NCBI RefSeq assembly: GCF_004010195.1
Contig: NC_057718.1
Location: 47,204,527-47,239,682, forward strand
DNA length: 35,156 bases
From: Chiloscyllium plagiosum
Lineage: Eukaryota
Direction of reading: 5' to 3'
A program made the position numbers and the translations under genes. The notes beneath the pieces were generated by a model. That model was given only the letters and a program-made list of their open reading frames with translations, did not search any database and was not told the origin of the DNA. Position 1 is the stretch's first letter, and each line of letters begins with the position of its first letter. Of this stretch, positions 34,331-35,156 are shown in pieces.

Positions 34331-35156
34331 GTAGAGTCATAGAGATGTACAGCATGGAAACAGACCCTTCGGTCCAACCTGTCCATGCCGACCAGATATC
34401 CCAACCCAATCCACTCCCACCTGCCAGCACCTTGCCCATATCCCTCCAAACCCTTCCTATTCATATACCCATCCAAATGCCTCTTAAATGCTGCAATTGT
34501 ACCAGCCTCCACCTCATCCTCTGGCAGCTCATTCCATACACGTACCACCCTTTGCGTGAAAATGTTGCCCCTTAGGTCTCTTTTATATCTTTCCCCTCTC
34601 ACACTAAACCTATACCCTCCAGTTCTGGACTCCCGACCTCAGGGAAAAGACTTTGTCTATTTATCCTATCCATGCCCCTCATAATTTTCTAAACCTGTAT
34701 AAGGTCACCCATCAGCCTCCGACGCTCCAGAGAAAACAGCCCCAGCCTGTTCAGCCTCTCCCTGTAGCTTAGATCCTCCAACCCTTGCAACATCCTTGTA
34801 AATCTTTTCTGAACCCTTTCAAGTTTCACAACATCTTTTCCGATAGGAAGGAGACCAGAATTACACGCAATATTCCAACAGTGGCCTAACCAATGTCCTG
34901 TACAGCCACAACATGACCTCCTAACTCCTGTACTCAATACTCTGACCAATAAAGGAAAGCATACCAAATGTCTTCCTCACTATCCTATCTACCTGTAACT
35001 TCACTTTCAAGGAGCTGTGAACCTGCACTCCAAGGTCTCTTTGTTCAGCAACACTCCCTAGGACCTTACTATTAAGTGTATAAGTCCTGCTAAGATTTGC
35101 TTTCCCAAAATGCAGCACCGCGCATTTATCTGAATTAAACTCCATCTGCCACTTCT
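34331..35156 (-). mobile_element. Young CR1 (HER1-like) LINE in BATF3 intron 2, running off the window
   Basis: Minus ORFs MEFNSDKCAVLHFGKAN.., KLERVQKRFTRML..GLFSLERRRL, FTQRVVRVWNELP; antisense tail AGAGTCATAGAGATGTACAGCATGGAAACAGACCC. Confidence 0.95.

Noticed and set aside
30523..35156. BATF3 leucine-zipper exon 3
   Set aside because: No phase-0 acceptor followed by an EYE.LEQEN-like sequence was found by eye; probably beyond the window.

Overview
Repeat-rich vertebrate genomic DNA, almost certainly from an elasmobranch shark; this is inferred from HE1-type SINEs, HER1-like CR1 LINEs and Penelope-type repeats. Two spliced genes lie on the + strand. (1) The last four coding exons of the MIS12-complex kinetochore gene NSL1 (3691-3821, 7272-7329, 11381-11448, 15700-15975), phase-consistent with GT-AG introns, plus a 3'UTR to about 16780. 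(2) After a 500-N scaffold gap, the promoter and first two coding exons of the bZIP factor BATF3 (30231-30305, 30418-30522); its last exon was not found in the window. The NSL1-then-BATF3 order matches mammals. The rest is layered retroelement debris (CR1, a second CR1/L2-type LINE, Tx1, SINEs, probable solo LTRs), Tigger/pogo-type MITEs and a CpG-rich microsatellite. The most notable non-coding structures are fold-back Penelope-type elements carrying minimal hammerhead-ribozyme motifs (21430-21798 with an 11-12 bp TSD; 28938-29127) and a dense GAS/IRF/C-EBP-ATF/NF-kB motif cluster upstream of BATF3. Family names and human comparisons come from my recognition and memory, not database searches.
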